From an uncultured Acidobacteriota bacterium (lineage in GTDB: Bacteria; Acidobacteriota; Thermoanaerobaculia; Multivoradales; UBA5704): a stretch of 64,000 nt of DNA. A program made the position numbers and the translations under genes. This document shows, piece after piece, positions 21,081 to 30,667 of this stretch. A model generated the notes under the pieces. It made no database searches and was not told the DNA's origin. It saw only the letters and a list, made by a program, of their open reading frames with translations. Position 1 is the stretch's first letter. Each line of letters begins with the position of its first letter. The DNA lies in assembly GCA_963700145.1 (NCBI GenBank), contig OY969474.1, positions 704,001 to 768,000 on the forward strand, written 5' to 3'.

Positions 21081-23845
21081 CGCTCGTCCCCGGCGTCGTC
21101 GACCCGCTGCTGCAGATCGTCGATCATCCAGGCGTCGCGCTCGGCGAGAAGACCCCGGCGCTGCATGTCGAGAGCGATCTCCAGGGCCTCGCTCCAGTGG
21201 CGCTCGCCGCCCGGCAGGCCCCCGAGCCTCGTGTGGCCCACGATGAGGTCGCGCCGCGCCTCGGCGCTCGTCGGGTTCCCCGCCGCTTGCCGCTCGCGAA
21301 TCGCCAGGCTCTGCTCGAAGCGCGCCCGCGCTCCCGCCAGGTCCCCCGCCGCAACCAGCACATCGCCGAGCCTGAGGTGGCTTACGCTGAGGTTGCGCTG
21401 CGCCTCCGCGCTGGTCGGGTTCGCGTCGGTCAGCCGTTGAGCAATCGCCAAGCCGGCCTCGAAGTGCACGCGGCCCCCAGCCAAATCTCCGGCCGCCACC
21501 AGGACATCGCCCAGCTTGAGGCGGCTCACGCTGAGGTCGCGCTGCGCCGCCGCGCTGGTCGGGTTCGCGTCCGTCAGCCGTTGAGCAATCGCCAAGCCGG
21601 CCTCGAAGCGCACGCGGCCCCCCGCCAAATCTCCGGCCGCCACCAGGACGTCACCCAGCTTGAGGTGGCTCACGCTGAGGTCGCGCTGCGCCGCCGCGCT
21701 AGTCGGGTTCGCCGCCGCCAGCCGTTGAGCGATCGCCAAGCCGGCCTCGAAGCGCGCCCGGCTCCCCGCTAAGTCTCCAGCCGCCACCAGGACGTCGCCC
21801 AGCTTGAGGTGGCTCACGCTGAGGTTGCGCTGCGCCTCCGCGCTGGTCGGGTCCGCGTCGGTCAGCCGTTGAGCGATCGCCAAGCTGGCCTCGAAGAGCG
21901 CCCGGCCCCCCGCCAAATCTCCAGCCGCCACCAGGACGTCGCCCAGCCTGATGTGGCTCACGCTGAGGTCGTGTTGCGCCGCCGCACTCGCTGGGTTCGA
22001 CGCGGCCAACCGCTCGGCGATCGCCAGGTCGGCCTCGAAGCGCGCCCGCGCCCCCGCCAGGTCCCCCGCCGCCACCAGCACTTCGCCGAGCCTGTTCAGG
22101 ATCACGCCGAGGTCGCGCTGCGCCTCCGCGCTCGCCGGGTTCGCCGCGGCCAACCGCTCGGCGATGGCCAAGCCGGCCTCGATGCGTCCTCGCGCTCCCG
22201 CGAGATCTCCCGCCGCCACCAGCACCTCGCCGAGCTTGTTCAGGCTAACGCTGAGGTCGCGCTGCGCCGCCGCACTCGCCGGGTTCGCCGCCGCCAGCCG
22301 CTCGCGAATCACCAGGCTGGCCTCGAAGCGCTCCCGCGCCCCCGCCAGGTCTCCGCCCGCCACCAGCAGATCGCCCAGTCTTTCGAGGCTAACACTGAGG
22401 TCGCGCTGTGCCTCCGCACTCGTCGGGTTGGGCGCCGCTAGCCGCTCGCGAATCGCCAGCATGGCCTCGAAGCGCTGCCGCGCTCCTGCGAGGTCTCCCG
22501 CCGCCACCAGCACACCGCCGAGCTTGTCCAGGCTGACGCTGAGGTCGCGTTGCGCTTCTGCGCTGGTCGGGTTCGCCGTCGCCAGTCGCTGGGCAATCGC
22601 CAGACCGGCCTCGATGCGTGCTCGTGCTCCCGTGAGATCTCCCGCCGCCACCAGCACCTCGCCGACCTTTTTCAGGAGCACGCTGAGGTCGCGCTGCGCC
22701 TCCGCGCTCGCCGGGTTCGCCGCGGCCAACCGCTCGGCGAGCGCCAAGCCGGCCTCGAAGCGCGCCCGCGCTCCCGCGAGATCTCCCGCCGCCACCAGCA
22801 CCTCGCCGAGCTTATTCAGGCTAACGCTGAGGTCGCGCTGCGCCTCCGCGCTCGCCGGGTTCGCCGCCGCCAGCCGCTCGCGAATCACCAGAATGGCCTC
22901 GAAGCGCTCCCGCGCCCCGGCCAGATCACCCGCTGCCACCAGTAGAATGCCCATGCTCTCAAGGCCCACGCTGAGGTCGCGCTGCGATTCGGCGCTAGTC
23001 GGGCTCGCCGCCGCCAGCCGTTCGCGAGTCGCCAGGCTGGCCTCGAAGTGCTCCCGTGCCCCCGCCAGGTTCCCCGCCGCAACCAGCACCTCGCCGAGCG
23101 AGGTCTCCGCGGCGCTCCGGTCGCGGTCATTCGGGGCACGCGCCAGGGCTTCCTCGGCGGCGCCCTTCGCATCTGCCAGCCGGCCCGCCTCCTGGTAGAG
23201 GCGCCGCAGCTCCATCCAGCCCCAGGCATCCTCGGGATCGAGCGCCTGCACCCGCTCGTAGATCGGGATCACCTCGGCCGTCCCCATCTCGCCCCGGTCC
23301 TTGCGGTCCAGCGCCAATGCGGCGATCTCCCGCCAGCCGGCGGCGACGGCTTTCGTTTCGGCCTGCTGGATGGCGACGAGAGCTTCGAAGCCTCCCGCGC
23401 GGTCCCCCTCGGAGTAGCGCTCCAGGGCGGCGCGTTTGCGCGGGTCGGGCGAGTTGGCGATCGAGGCGACCTGCTGGCGGTACTCCGCGATCTCGGCCGC
23501 GAACTGCCGGTCGCGGGCGGCGATCTCTGAGACCAGCCGCTCGCGCTCCGCGGTGACCTCGGTGAGCTGCTTCTGCGCAGCCGCGTTGGTGCGGCTCTCG
23601 GCGCGTAGCCGGCGGTCCTTCGCCGCCAGGTCGGCGAGCAGCCGCTCCTCGCGCTCGTCGGCGATGCGCTGCACTGCGGCGATCGCCGCGGCGCGGTCCA
23701 ACACCAGGCGCTGGACGAGTGCCCGCGTCTCGGCGGTCAGGTCCGCCTGCGGCGCTCCGGCCTGGGCCGACGCAGCGATAGCGCCCAACAGAACCAAGCT
23801 GCAGGCGAGGGTCGAAGCCCGCATCTTAGCGATGCCGTCGGTCAT
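21077..23845 (-). CDS. Secreted coiled-coil + 48-aa TPR-like repeat protein (paralog 3; 12 internal repeats)
   Basis: GAGGAGG RBS and signal peptide (LACSLVLLGAIAASAQA); repeats of AEAQRDLSVSLxxLGEVLVAAGDLAGARARFEAGLAIAERLAAANPAS. Confidence 0.85.
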   Translation of the reverse strand: MTDGIAKMRASTLACSLVLLGAIAASAQAGAPQADLTAETRALVQRLVLDRAAAIAAVQRIADEREERLLADLAAKDRRLRAESRTNAAAQKQLTEVTAERERLVSEIAARDRQFAAEIAEYRQQVASIANSPDPRKRAALERYSEGDRAGGFEALVAIQQAETKAVAAGWREIAALALDRKDRGEMGTAEVIPIYERVQALDPEDAWGWMELRRLYQEAGRLADAKGAAEEALARAPNDRDRSAAETSLGEVLVAAGNLAGAREHFEASLATRERLAAASPTSAESQRDLSVGLESMGILLVAAGDLAGARERFEAILVIRERLAAANPASAEAQRDLSVSLNKLGEVLVAAGDLAGARARFEAGLALAERLAAANPASAEAQRDLSVLLKKVGEVLVAAGDLTGARARIEAGLAIAQRLATANPTSAEAQRDLSVSLDKLGGVLVAAGDLAGARQRFEAMLAIRERLAAPNPTSAEAQRDLSVSLERLGDLLVAGGDLAGARERFEASLVIRERLAAANPASAAAQRDLSVSLNKLGEVLVAAGDLAGARGRIEAGLAIAERLAAANPASAEAQRDLGVILNRLGEVLVAAGDLAGARARFEADLAIAERLAASNPASAAAQHDLSVSHIRLGDVLVAAGDLAGGRALFEASLAIAQRLTDADPTSAEAQRNLSVSHLKLGDVLVAAGDLAGSRARFEAGLAIAQRLAAANPTSAAAQRDLSVSHLKLGDVLVAAGDLAGGRVRFEAGLAIAQRLTDANPTSAAAQRDLSVSRLKLGDVLVAAGDLAGGRVHFEAGLAIAQRLTDANPTSAEAQRNLSVSHLRLGDVLVAAGDLAGARARFEQSLAIRERQAAGNPTSAEARRDLIVGHTRLGGLPGGERHWSEALEIALDMQRRGLLAERDAWMIDDLQQRVDDAGDER

Positions 23846-26318
23846 CGCCCTCCTCGGCGGCGGCGGTCCGCCGCCGTAGTTCGTCGACCATCCAAGCGTC
23901 GGTCGGGGCAAGAAGACCTCGGCGTTGCAGATCGAGGGCAATCTCCAACGCCAGGCTCCAATGGTGCTTACCGTCCGGCAGGTCACCGAGCTTCGCGTAA
24001 CTGATGAGGAGATGGCGCTGCGCCACTGCGCTCGTGGGGTTTTCCTCGACCAACCGTTGAGCGATTGCTAGGCTGGCCTCGAAACGTGCTCGCGCTGCGG
24101 CGAAATCTGTCGCCGCCAGCAGCATGTCTCCGAGTTTGTTCAGGCTGACGCTGAGGTCACGCTGTGCCGCCGCACTCGTCGGGTTCGCTGAGGCCAGTCG
24201 CTCACGGATTACCAGGCTCTGCTCGAAGCGTGTTCCAGCAGCTGAAAGATCCCCGGCCGCTAACAGCACGTCGCCGAGCCATTCTAGGCTGATGCTGAGG
24301 TCGCGCTGCGCCTCGGCACTAGTGGGGTTCGTCGCGGCCAGCCGCGCACGAATCGCTAAGCTCTGCTCGTGGCGCGCCCGCGCACTCGAAAGATCACCCG
24401 CCACCAGCAGCACGTTACCGAGCCACTCCAGGCTGACGCTAAGGTCGCGCTGCGCCTCGCTACTCGTGGGGTTCGCCGTGGCCAACTGCTCCCCAATCGC
24501 CAGGCTCTGCTCGAAGCGCGCCCGTGCACCCGAAAGATCGCCGGCCGCCACCAGCACTTCGCCAAGCCGCTCCAAACTGATGCCGAGATCCCGTCGCGCC
24601 GCCGCACTCATCGGGTTCGCTCCGGCCAACCGCTCATGAATCGCCAGGCTCTGCTCGAGGCGCACCCGCGCCCCCGAAAGATCTCCGGCCTCCACCAGCA
24701 CCTCGCCAAGCTTAGTGAAGCTGATGCTGAGGTCGCGCTTCGCCTCGGCGCTCGTCGGGTTCTCCGCAACCAGCCGCTCATGAATCACCAGGCTCTGCTC
24801 GAAGAGCTGCCGCGCCCTTGAAAGATCGCCGGCTGCCACCAGCACTTCGCCCAGCTTGGTGAGGCTGACGCTAAGGCCGCGCTTCGCCTCGGCGCTCGTT
24901 AGGTTCGCCGCGGTCAGCCGTTCATCAATTTCTAGGCTCTGCTCGAAGCGCGCCCGCGCTCCCGCAAGATCCCCGGCCGCCACCAGCACTTCGCCCAGCT
25001 TGGTTAAGCTGACGCTGAGGTCGCGCTGAGCCGCTGCGCTCGTCGGGTTGTCCGCGGCCAGCCGTTGACGAATCCCGAAGCTCAGTTCGAATCGCGCCCG
25101 CGCCCCCGAGAGATCCCCGATCGCGATCAGCGCCTCGCCGACCCGCTCCAGGCTGACGCTGAGGTCGTGCCGCGCCGCCGCGTTCGAGGGGTTGGCTGCA
25201 GCCAGCCGCTCTCGAATCGCCAGACCCTGCTCGAAGCGGGCCCGCGCCCCCGAGAGATCACCCGTCGCCACCAGCACGCCGCCGAGCCGCTCCAGACTGA
25301 TGCTGAGATCGCGCTGCGCCACGGCGCTTGGGTTCTCCGCAGCCAGCCGCTCATGAATCACCAAGCTCTGCTCGAAGAGCTGTCGCGCCCTTGAAAGATC
25401 CCCCGTCGCCACTAGTACTTCGCCGAGCCGCGACAGACTGATGCTGAGGTCGCGTCGCGCCTTGGCGCTCGTCGGGTTCGTCGCAGCCAACCGCTCCCGA
25501 ATCGCCAGGCTCTGCTCGAAGCGCGCCCGTGCCCCAGCCAGATCTCCCATCGCTACCAGCACGTCGCCGAGCTCGTTCTCGGCGATGCTCCGCCCGCGAT
25601 CGTCCACGGCGCGCGCCAACGCTTCTTCCGCAGCGCGCTTCGCATCCTCCAGCCGGCCCGCCTCTTGGTAGAGGCGCCGCAGCCAGATCCAGCCCCAAGC
25701 GTCTTCGGGATCCACCCCCTGCGCTCGCTCGTAGATCGGGATCACCTCGGCGGTCCCCATCTCGCCACGGTCCTTGCGGTCCAATGCCAACGCGGCGATC
25801 TCCCGCCAGCCGGCGGCGACGGCCTTCGTCTCGGCCTGCTGGATGGCGACCAGCGCCTCGAACCCGCCCGCGCGGTCCCCCTCGGCATACCGCTCGAGTG
25901 CAGCGCGTTTGCGCGGGTCGGGCGAGTCGGCGATCGAGGCGACCTGCTTGCGGTACTCCGCGATCTCGGCCGCGAACTGCCGGTCGCGGGCGGCGATCTC
26001 GCCGACCAGCCGCTCGCGCTCGGCGGTGACCTCGGCAAGCTCCTTCCGCGCGGCCGTGCTGCTATGGCCTTCGACGCGCAATCGGCGGTCCTTCGCCGCC
26101 AAGTCGGCGAGCAGCCGCTCCTCACGCTCGTCGGCGATGCGCTGCACGGCGGCGATCGCCGCGGCCCGGTCGAGCACCAGGCGCTGGACCAGCACCCGAG
26201 TCTCGGCCGTGAGGTCCACCTGCGCCGTTCGGGTCTGGGCCGACGCAGCGAGGGGGCAGCAGAGCGTCAGGCTGGCGGCGAGGAACGAAGCCCGCAGCTT
26301 GCCGATTCCTTCAGCCAT
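23826..26318 (-). CDS. Secreted coiled-coil + 48-aa TPR-like repeat protein (paralog 2; 10 internal repeats)
   Basis: Same N-domain (DLTAETRVLVQRLVLDRAAA...DPRKRAALERY) and C-cap (ALEIALDLQRRGLLAPTDAWM) as its neighbours. Confidence 0.85.
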   Translation of the reverse strand: MAEGIGKLRASFLAASLTLCCPLAASAQTRTAQVDLTAETRVLVQRLVLDRAAAIAAVQRIADEREERLLADLAAKDRRLRVEGHSSTAARKELAEVTAERERLVGEIAARDRQFAAEIAEYRKQVASIADSPDPRKRAALERYAEGDRAGGFEALVAIQQAETKAVAAGWREIAALALDRKDRGEMGTAEVIPIYERAQGVDPEDAWGWIWLRRLYQEAGRLEDAKRAAEEALARAVDDRGRSIAENELGDVLVAMGDLAGARARFEQSLAIRERLAATNPTSAKARRDLSISLSRLGEVLVATGDLSRARQLFEQSLVIHERLAAENPSAVAQRDLSISLERLGGVLVATGDLSGARARFEQGLAIRERLAAANPSNAAARHDLSVSLERVGEALIAIGDLSGARARFELSFGIRQRLAADNPTSAAAQRDLSVSLTKLGEVLVAAGDLAGARARFEQSLEIDERLTAANLTSAEAKRGLSVSLTKLGEVLVAAGDLSRARQLFEQSLVIHERLVAENPTSAEAKRDLSISFTKLGEVLVEAGDLSGARVRLEQSLAIHERLAGANPMSAAARRDLGISLERLGEVLVAAGDLSGARARFEQSLAIGEQLATANPTSSEAQRDLSVSLEWLGNVLLVAGDLSSARARHEQSLAIRARLAATNPTSAEAQRDLSISLEWLGDVLLAAGDLSAAGTRFEQSLVIRERLASANPTSAAAQRDLSVSLNKLGDMLLAATDFAAARARFEASLAIAQRLVEENPTSAVAQRHLLISYAKLGDLPDGKHHWSLALEIALDLQRRGLLAPTDAWMVDELRRRTAAAEEGDDRRHR

Positions 26319-27909
26319 CACCGCCCTCGCTGGTTGTGATCCGCTGCCGCAGATCCTCGATCATCCAAGCGTCGCGAGGAGCGAGAAGACCCCTTTGCTG
26401 CAGATCGAGGGCGATCTCCAAGGCCTTACTCAGGTGGGGCGCGCCGCCTGGCAGGGCGCCGAGCCTGCTGTGGCCCACGAGGAGGTCGCGCTGCACTCCA
26501 GCGTTCGTAGGGCTCGCCGCAATCAACCGCTGGGCGATCGCCAGGCCGGCCGCAAAGCGCGCCCCCGCCCCCGCGAGGTCGCCGGTCGCCATCAACACGT
26601 CGCCCAGCTTGGTGAGACTGGCGGTGAGGTCGCGCTGCGCCTCCGCACTCGTCTTGTTCATCGCGGCCCGGCACTCGTCAATCGCCAAGCTCTGCTCGAA
26701 GGGCGCCCGCGCCCCAGCCGGATCCCCGGCCGCCACCAACACGTCGCCCAGGTTGGTGAGGCTGATACTGAGGTCGCGTTGCGCCTGCGCGCTCGTCGGG
26801 TGCGCCTTGACCAGTCGCTCACGAATCGCCAGGCTCTGCTCGAAGCGAGCCTGCGCTTCCGGAAGCTCCCCGGCCGCCAGCAGCACGTCGCCCAGCCGAT
26901 TGAGGCTGATACTGAAGTCGCGTTGCGCCTGGGCGCTGGTCGAGTTGGCGTCGGCCAGCCGCTCCCGGATCGCCAGGCTCTTTTCGAAAAGTATCCGCGC
27001 TCCTGGCAGATCCCTCGCCGCCTCCAGCACGTCGCCCAGTCGGTACAGACTGACGCTGAGGTCGCGCTGCGCCTGGGCGCTCGTCGGGTTCGCCGCGGCC
27101 AGCCGCTGATCGATCGCCAGCCCCTGCGCGAACCGCTTCTGCGCCCCGGCCAGATCCCCCGTCGCGAGAAGCAAGTCGCCGAGCTCGGTCTCCGCGACGC
27201 TCCGGGAGCGGTCATCCACAGCCAGCGCCAGCGTTTTCTCCGCGGCGCGCCTCGCGTCCGACAGCCGGCCCGCTTTCTGGTAGAGACGTTGCAGATCGAT
27301 CCAAACCCAGAGGTGGTCGGGATCGAGCGACTGCGCCTTCTCGTAGTACGGAATCACTTGGGCCGTATCCATCTCGCCGCGGTCCATGCGGTCCAGCGCG
27401 AGCGCGGCGAGTTCCCGCCAGCCTGCGGCGTGAGCCTTGGTCTCGGCCTGCAAGATGGCCTCGAGCTCCTCGAACCCCACGGCACGGTCGCCCTCGGCAT
27501 AGCGCTCCAGGGCAGCGCGCTTGCGCGGGTCGGGCGAGTTGGCTATCGACGCGACCTGTTTTCGATATTCGGCGATCTCGGCCGCGAGCTGCCGGTCGCG
27601 GCCGGCGATCGCCAAGACGAGGCGCTCGCGCTCCGCGGTGACCGTCGCGAGCTCCTTCCGCACGGCGGTGCTCGTGCTGCGTTCGCGACGGAGCTGGTGG
27701 TCCTTCGCCTCCAACTCGGCAAAGAGCCGCTGCTCGCGCTCGTCGGCAAGCACCTTCACCGCCTTGACCGCGGCGGCGCTGTCGGCCACGAGGCGCTGCA
27801 CCAGCAACCGCCTCTCCGCCGCCAAGTCTGCCTGCACCGTTCCGGCCTGGGCCGGCGCAACGAGAGCGCAGCCCAGGGCCAGACTGGAGGCGAGGATCTC
27901 GGCCCGCAC
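26311..27909 (-). CDS. Secreted coiled-coil + 48-aa TPR-like repeat protein (paralog 1; 4 internal repeats)
   Basis: GTG start after GGGAGG, with TAGAAT -10 upstream; signal peptide LALGCALVAPAQA; same N-domain and C-cap. Confidence 0.85.
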   Translation of the reverse strand: MRAEILASSLALGCALVAPAQAGTVQADLAAERRLLVQRLVADSAAAVKAVKVLADEREQRLFAELEAKDHQLRRERSTSTAVRKELATVTAERERLVLAIAGRDRQLAAEIAEYRKQVASIANSPDPRKRAALERYAEGDRAVGFEELEAILQAETKAHAAGWRELAALALDRMDRGEMDTAQVIPYYEKAQSLDPDHLWVWIDLQRLYQKAGRLSDARRAAEKTLALAVDDRSRSVAETELGDLLLATGDLAGAQKRFAQGLAIDQRLAAANPTSAQAQRDLSVSLYRLGDVLEAARDLPGARILFEKSLAIRERLADANSTSAQAQRDFSISLNRLGDVLLAAGELPEAQARFEQSLAIRERLVKAHPTSAQAQRDLSISLTNLGDVLVAAGDPAGARAPFEQSLAIDECRAAMNKTSAEAQRDLTASLTKLGDVLMATGDLAGAGARFAAGLAIAQRLIAASPTNAGVQRDLLVGHSRLGALPGGAPHLSKALEIALDLQQRGLLAPRDAWMIEDLRQRITTSEGGDG

Positions 27910-27980
27910 TTTTCCTCCCGGGGTTCTTGCTCCGATTCTACGGGAATGAAGCAAGGGCCGTTGTGGCATCCTGAGCCGGC

Positions 27981-29783
27981 ATGGCCGCCGACGCCCTCGC
28001 CGAGCGCATCCGCGCGCTGCCCGACCGCCCGGGCATCTACATCTTCCGCGACGCCGCGGGGAAGGCGCTCTACGTCGGCAAGGCGACGTCGCTGCGCAAG
28101 CGGGCGGCCTCCTACCTGGTGCGCGAGCACGAGCCGCGGCTGGCGGCGATGCTGGCCGAGGCGGCGGACGTGGAGTTCGTGGCCACCGACACCACGGCCG
28201 AGGCGCTGCTGCTCGAGAACACCTGGATCAAGCGCCGCAAGCCGCGCTACAACATCCTGCTGCGCGACGACAAGACCTACCCCTACCTCAAGCTCACCGC
28301 CGATCCTTACCCGCGCCTGGTCTTCACCCGCCGCATCCGTGACGACGGCGCCGAGTACTTCGGGCCCTTCCTGCCCGGCGGGCTGGCGCGCAAGGCGATC
28401 AAGCTGGTGCAGAAGCTCTTCCAGGTGCGGGTCTGCGACCTGGAGATCGACGGCTCGCTGCCGCGCCCCTGCCTCTACCACGACATGCACCGCTGCCTCG
28501 GGCCCTGCGTCGCCGGGCTGACCACCAAGGCGGCCTACGACGAGGCGGTCGAGCAGGCGCGCCTCTTCCTCTCCGGCCGCGGCGACCAGCTCGTCAAGCG
28601 CCTCAAGCGCGAGATGTGGGAGGCCGCCGAGGCGCTCGACTACGAGCGGGCGGCGCGGGTGCGCGACGCCCTCACCGAGGTCGAGGCGATCTCGCAGCGG
28701 CGGAAGCTGTCTTCGGTCGAGGGGGAGGACGTGGACGTCTACGGCGTCTACGTCGCCGGCGGCAACGCCGCGGTCGTGGTGCTCGTCATGCGCGGCGGCC
28801 AGGTGCTCGACCGGCGCGAGCTCTTCTGGGAAGGGGTGGGGCCGATCGCCCCCGAGCGCCTGCTCTCGGAGATCCTGCCGCAGATCTACGACCGCACGAC
28901 CTTCGTGCCCAAGGAGATCCACCTGCCGCTGCCGGTCGAAGGGGAGGAGGCGCTCGCCGAGTGGCTGGCGGAGAAGAAGGGGGAGCGGGTCTACGTGCGG
29001 CTGCCGTCGCGCGGGCCCAAGGCCGAGCGGGTGGCGCTCGCCATGCGCAACGCCGACCTCGCCCACAAGCGGCGCTTCCGCGGCGGCGGCACGGCGGCCC
29101 CCGGCGCCGAGGCGCTGCTCCGCCACCTCGACCTCCTCGATCCGCCGCGGCGGATCGAGGGCTTCGACATCTCCAACTTCCAGGGCAGCGAGACGGTGGC
29201 CTCGCTGGTGGTCTGGGAGGAGGGGAAGATGCGCAAGGGGGAGTACCGCAGCTTCAACGTGCGCGGCGTGCCGGGGCACCCCGCCTCCGACGACTTCGCC
29301 TCGCTGCGCGAAGCGGTCGAGCGCCGCTACCGCCGGCGCCTCGAGGAAGTGGGCGCGATGCCCGACCTGATCCTGATCGACGGCGGCCGCGGCCAGCTCA
29401 ACGCCGCGCTCGAAGGGCTGGCGATGGTGGGCGTCGAGGAGACGCCGGTCGTCTCGCTCGCCAAGCGGGAGGAGGAGGTCTACGTCCCGGGCCGGCCGCT
29501 GCCGCTCAAGCTGCGGCGCGACGACCTCGGGCTGCGCCTCCTCCAGGAGGTGCGCGACGAGGCCCACCGCTTCGCCGTCTCGCGCCACCGCCGGCGGCGG
29601 AGCGCGCGCACGCTGCGCAGCCGGCTCGACGAGCTCTCGGGCATCGGGCCGCGGCGGCGGAAGCTGCTGCTGACCCGCTTCGGCAGCGCCGAAGGCGTGC
29701 GGCAGGCGAGCGTCGAAGAGCTGCAGGCGGCACTCGGGCCGCTCACCGGGCGGAAGATCTACGAGCAGCTCCGCGCGGTGTGA
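27981..29783 (+). CDS. uvrC: Excinuclease ABC subunit C
   Basis: GIY...YVGKA GIY-YIG domain, PRYNILLRDDKTYPY, RIEGFDIS, DLILIDGGRGQ, RDEAHRFA and HhH GIGP. Confidence 0.98.
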   Translation: MAADALAERIRALPDRPGIYIFRDAAGKALYVGKATSLRKRAASYLVREHEPRLAAMLAEAADVEFVATDTTAEALLLENTWIKRRKPRYNILLRDDKTYPYLKLTADPYPRLVFTRRIRDDGAEYFGPFLPGGLARKAIKLVQKLFQVRVCDLEIDGSLPRPCLYHDMHRCLGPCVAGLTTKAAYDEAVEQARLFLSGRGDQLVKRLKREMWEAAEALDYERAARVRDALTEVEAISQRRKLSSVEGEDVDVYGVYVAGGNAAVVVLVMRGGQVLDRRELFWEGVGPIAPERLLSEILPQIYDRTTFVPKEIHLPLPVEGEEALAEWLAEKKGERVYVRLPSRGPKAERVALAMRNADLAHKRRFRGGGTAAPGAEALLRHLDLLDPPRRIEGFDISNFQGSETVASLVVWEEGKMRKGEYRSFNVRGVPGHPASDDFASLREAVERRYRRRLEEVGAMPDLILIDGGRGQLNAALEGLAMVGVEETPVVSLAKREEEVYVPGRPLPLKLRRDDLGLRLLQEVRDEAHRFAVSRHRRRRSARTLRSRLDELSGIGPRRRKLLLTRFGSAEGVRQASVEELQAALGPLTGRKIYEQLRAV

Positions 29784-29793
29784 GCCGGAGCTG

Positions 29794-29855
29794 TTGACTG
29801 TCTCGCGTTCGGATGTAGAATTGTCCAAGTTAATATTCACTAGACAGCAAGGAGG
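29794..29855 (+). promoter_or_regulatory. Sigma70-type promoter, imperfect palindrome and RBS upstream of the repeat-peptide gene
   Basis: TTGACT (29794-29799), 16 nt, TAGAAT (29816-29821); imperfect inverted repeat TGTCCAAGTTAAT/ATTCACTAGACA (29822-29846); AAGGAGG (29849-29855). Confidence 0.65.
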
Positions 29856-29863
29856 AGCGACAC

Positions 29864-30574
29864 ATGAGCACAGACGTTCCGTCGGGCTCAGGGGGCGTAC
29901 CAGGGGAAGGCGGAGGGCCGGAACCCATTCTGAAGCCTGCCGGCGTCGGCGACGTCGGGCGCAGGAGAAAGCCGCCCACGCCGAAGCCGGGCGGCGTCGG
30001 CGACGTCGGGCGCCGCAAGAAGCGCATCACAACTCCAACCAAGCCGGCCGGGGTCGGCGACGTCGGGCGCAAGCGGAAGCTCATCGGGAAGCTCGCCGGC
30101 ACGGGCGACGTCGGCCGCAAGCGGAAGATCGTCGCGAAGCCCGCCGGCGTGGGCGACGCCGGGCGCCGGCGGAAGATCGTCGCGAAGCCCGCCGGCGCGG
30201 GTGACGTCGGGCGCAAGAAGAAGCTCCTCGGGAAGCCCGCAGGCACGGGCGATGTCGGGCGGAAGAAGAAGATCGTCCTGAAGCCCGCCGGCGCGGGTGA
30301 CGCCGGACGCCGGCGGAAGATCGTCCTGAAGCCCGCCGGCGCGGGCGACACCGGGCGCAGGCGGAAGATCGTCACGAAGCCAGCCGGCCCGGGCGACGTG
30401 GGGCGCAAGCGGAAGCTCCTCGGCAAGCTCGCCGGCACGGGCGACGTCGCGCGCCGGAAGAAGATCGGTCCTTCGGCGAAGCCGGCCGGCGCGGGCGATG
30501 TCGGGCGCAAGCGGAAGAAGATCACCGCGAAGCGCCGCGGCATCGGTGACGTCGGGCTCAGGCGGAAGAGCTGA
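29864..30574 (+). CDS. Putative multi-core RiPP precursor: 23-aa leader + 13 K-x-x-G-x-G-D-x-x-(R/K)n units
   Basis: Strong RBS. Most repeats are 16 aa (48 nt) with invariant K1, G4, G6 and D7. Adjacent to an AsnB/lasso-cyclase-like enzyme. Confidence 0.7.
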   Translation: MSTDVPSGSGGVPGEGGGPEPILKPAGVGDVGRRRKPPTPKPGGVGDVGRRKKRITTPTKPAGVGDVGRKRKLIGKLAGTGDVGRKRKIVAKPAGVGDAGRRRKIVAKPAGAGDVGRKKKLLGKPAGTGDVGRKKKIVLKPAGAGDAGRRRKIVLKPAGAGDTGRRRKIVTKPAGPGDVGRKRKLLGKLAGTGDVARRKKIGPSAKPAGAGDVGRKRKKITAKRRGIGDVGLRRKS

Positions 30575-30667
30575 GCACCGCGGTCCAACGCCGGAACCTG
30601 TAGTCGAGGAACGGGCGGCCACACGCTGCAGAGCGTGTGGCCGCTCCGCCACTCCGCGAGGAGCTCC

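Noticed and set aside
29864-30574. Histone H1-like/HU-tail nucleoid protein
   Set aside because: The protein is basic, but those proteins are PAKK/AAK-rich without an invariant GxGD. Coupling to an Asp-activating enzyme favours a precursor. Not fully excluded.
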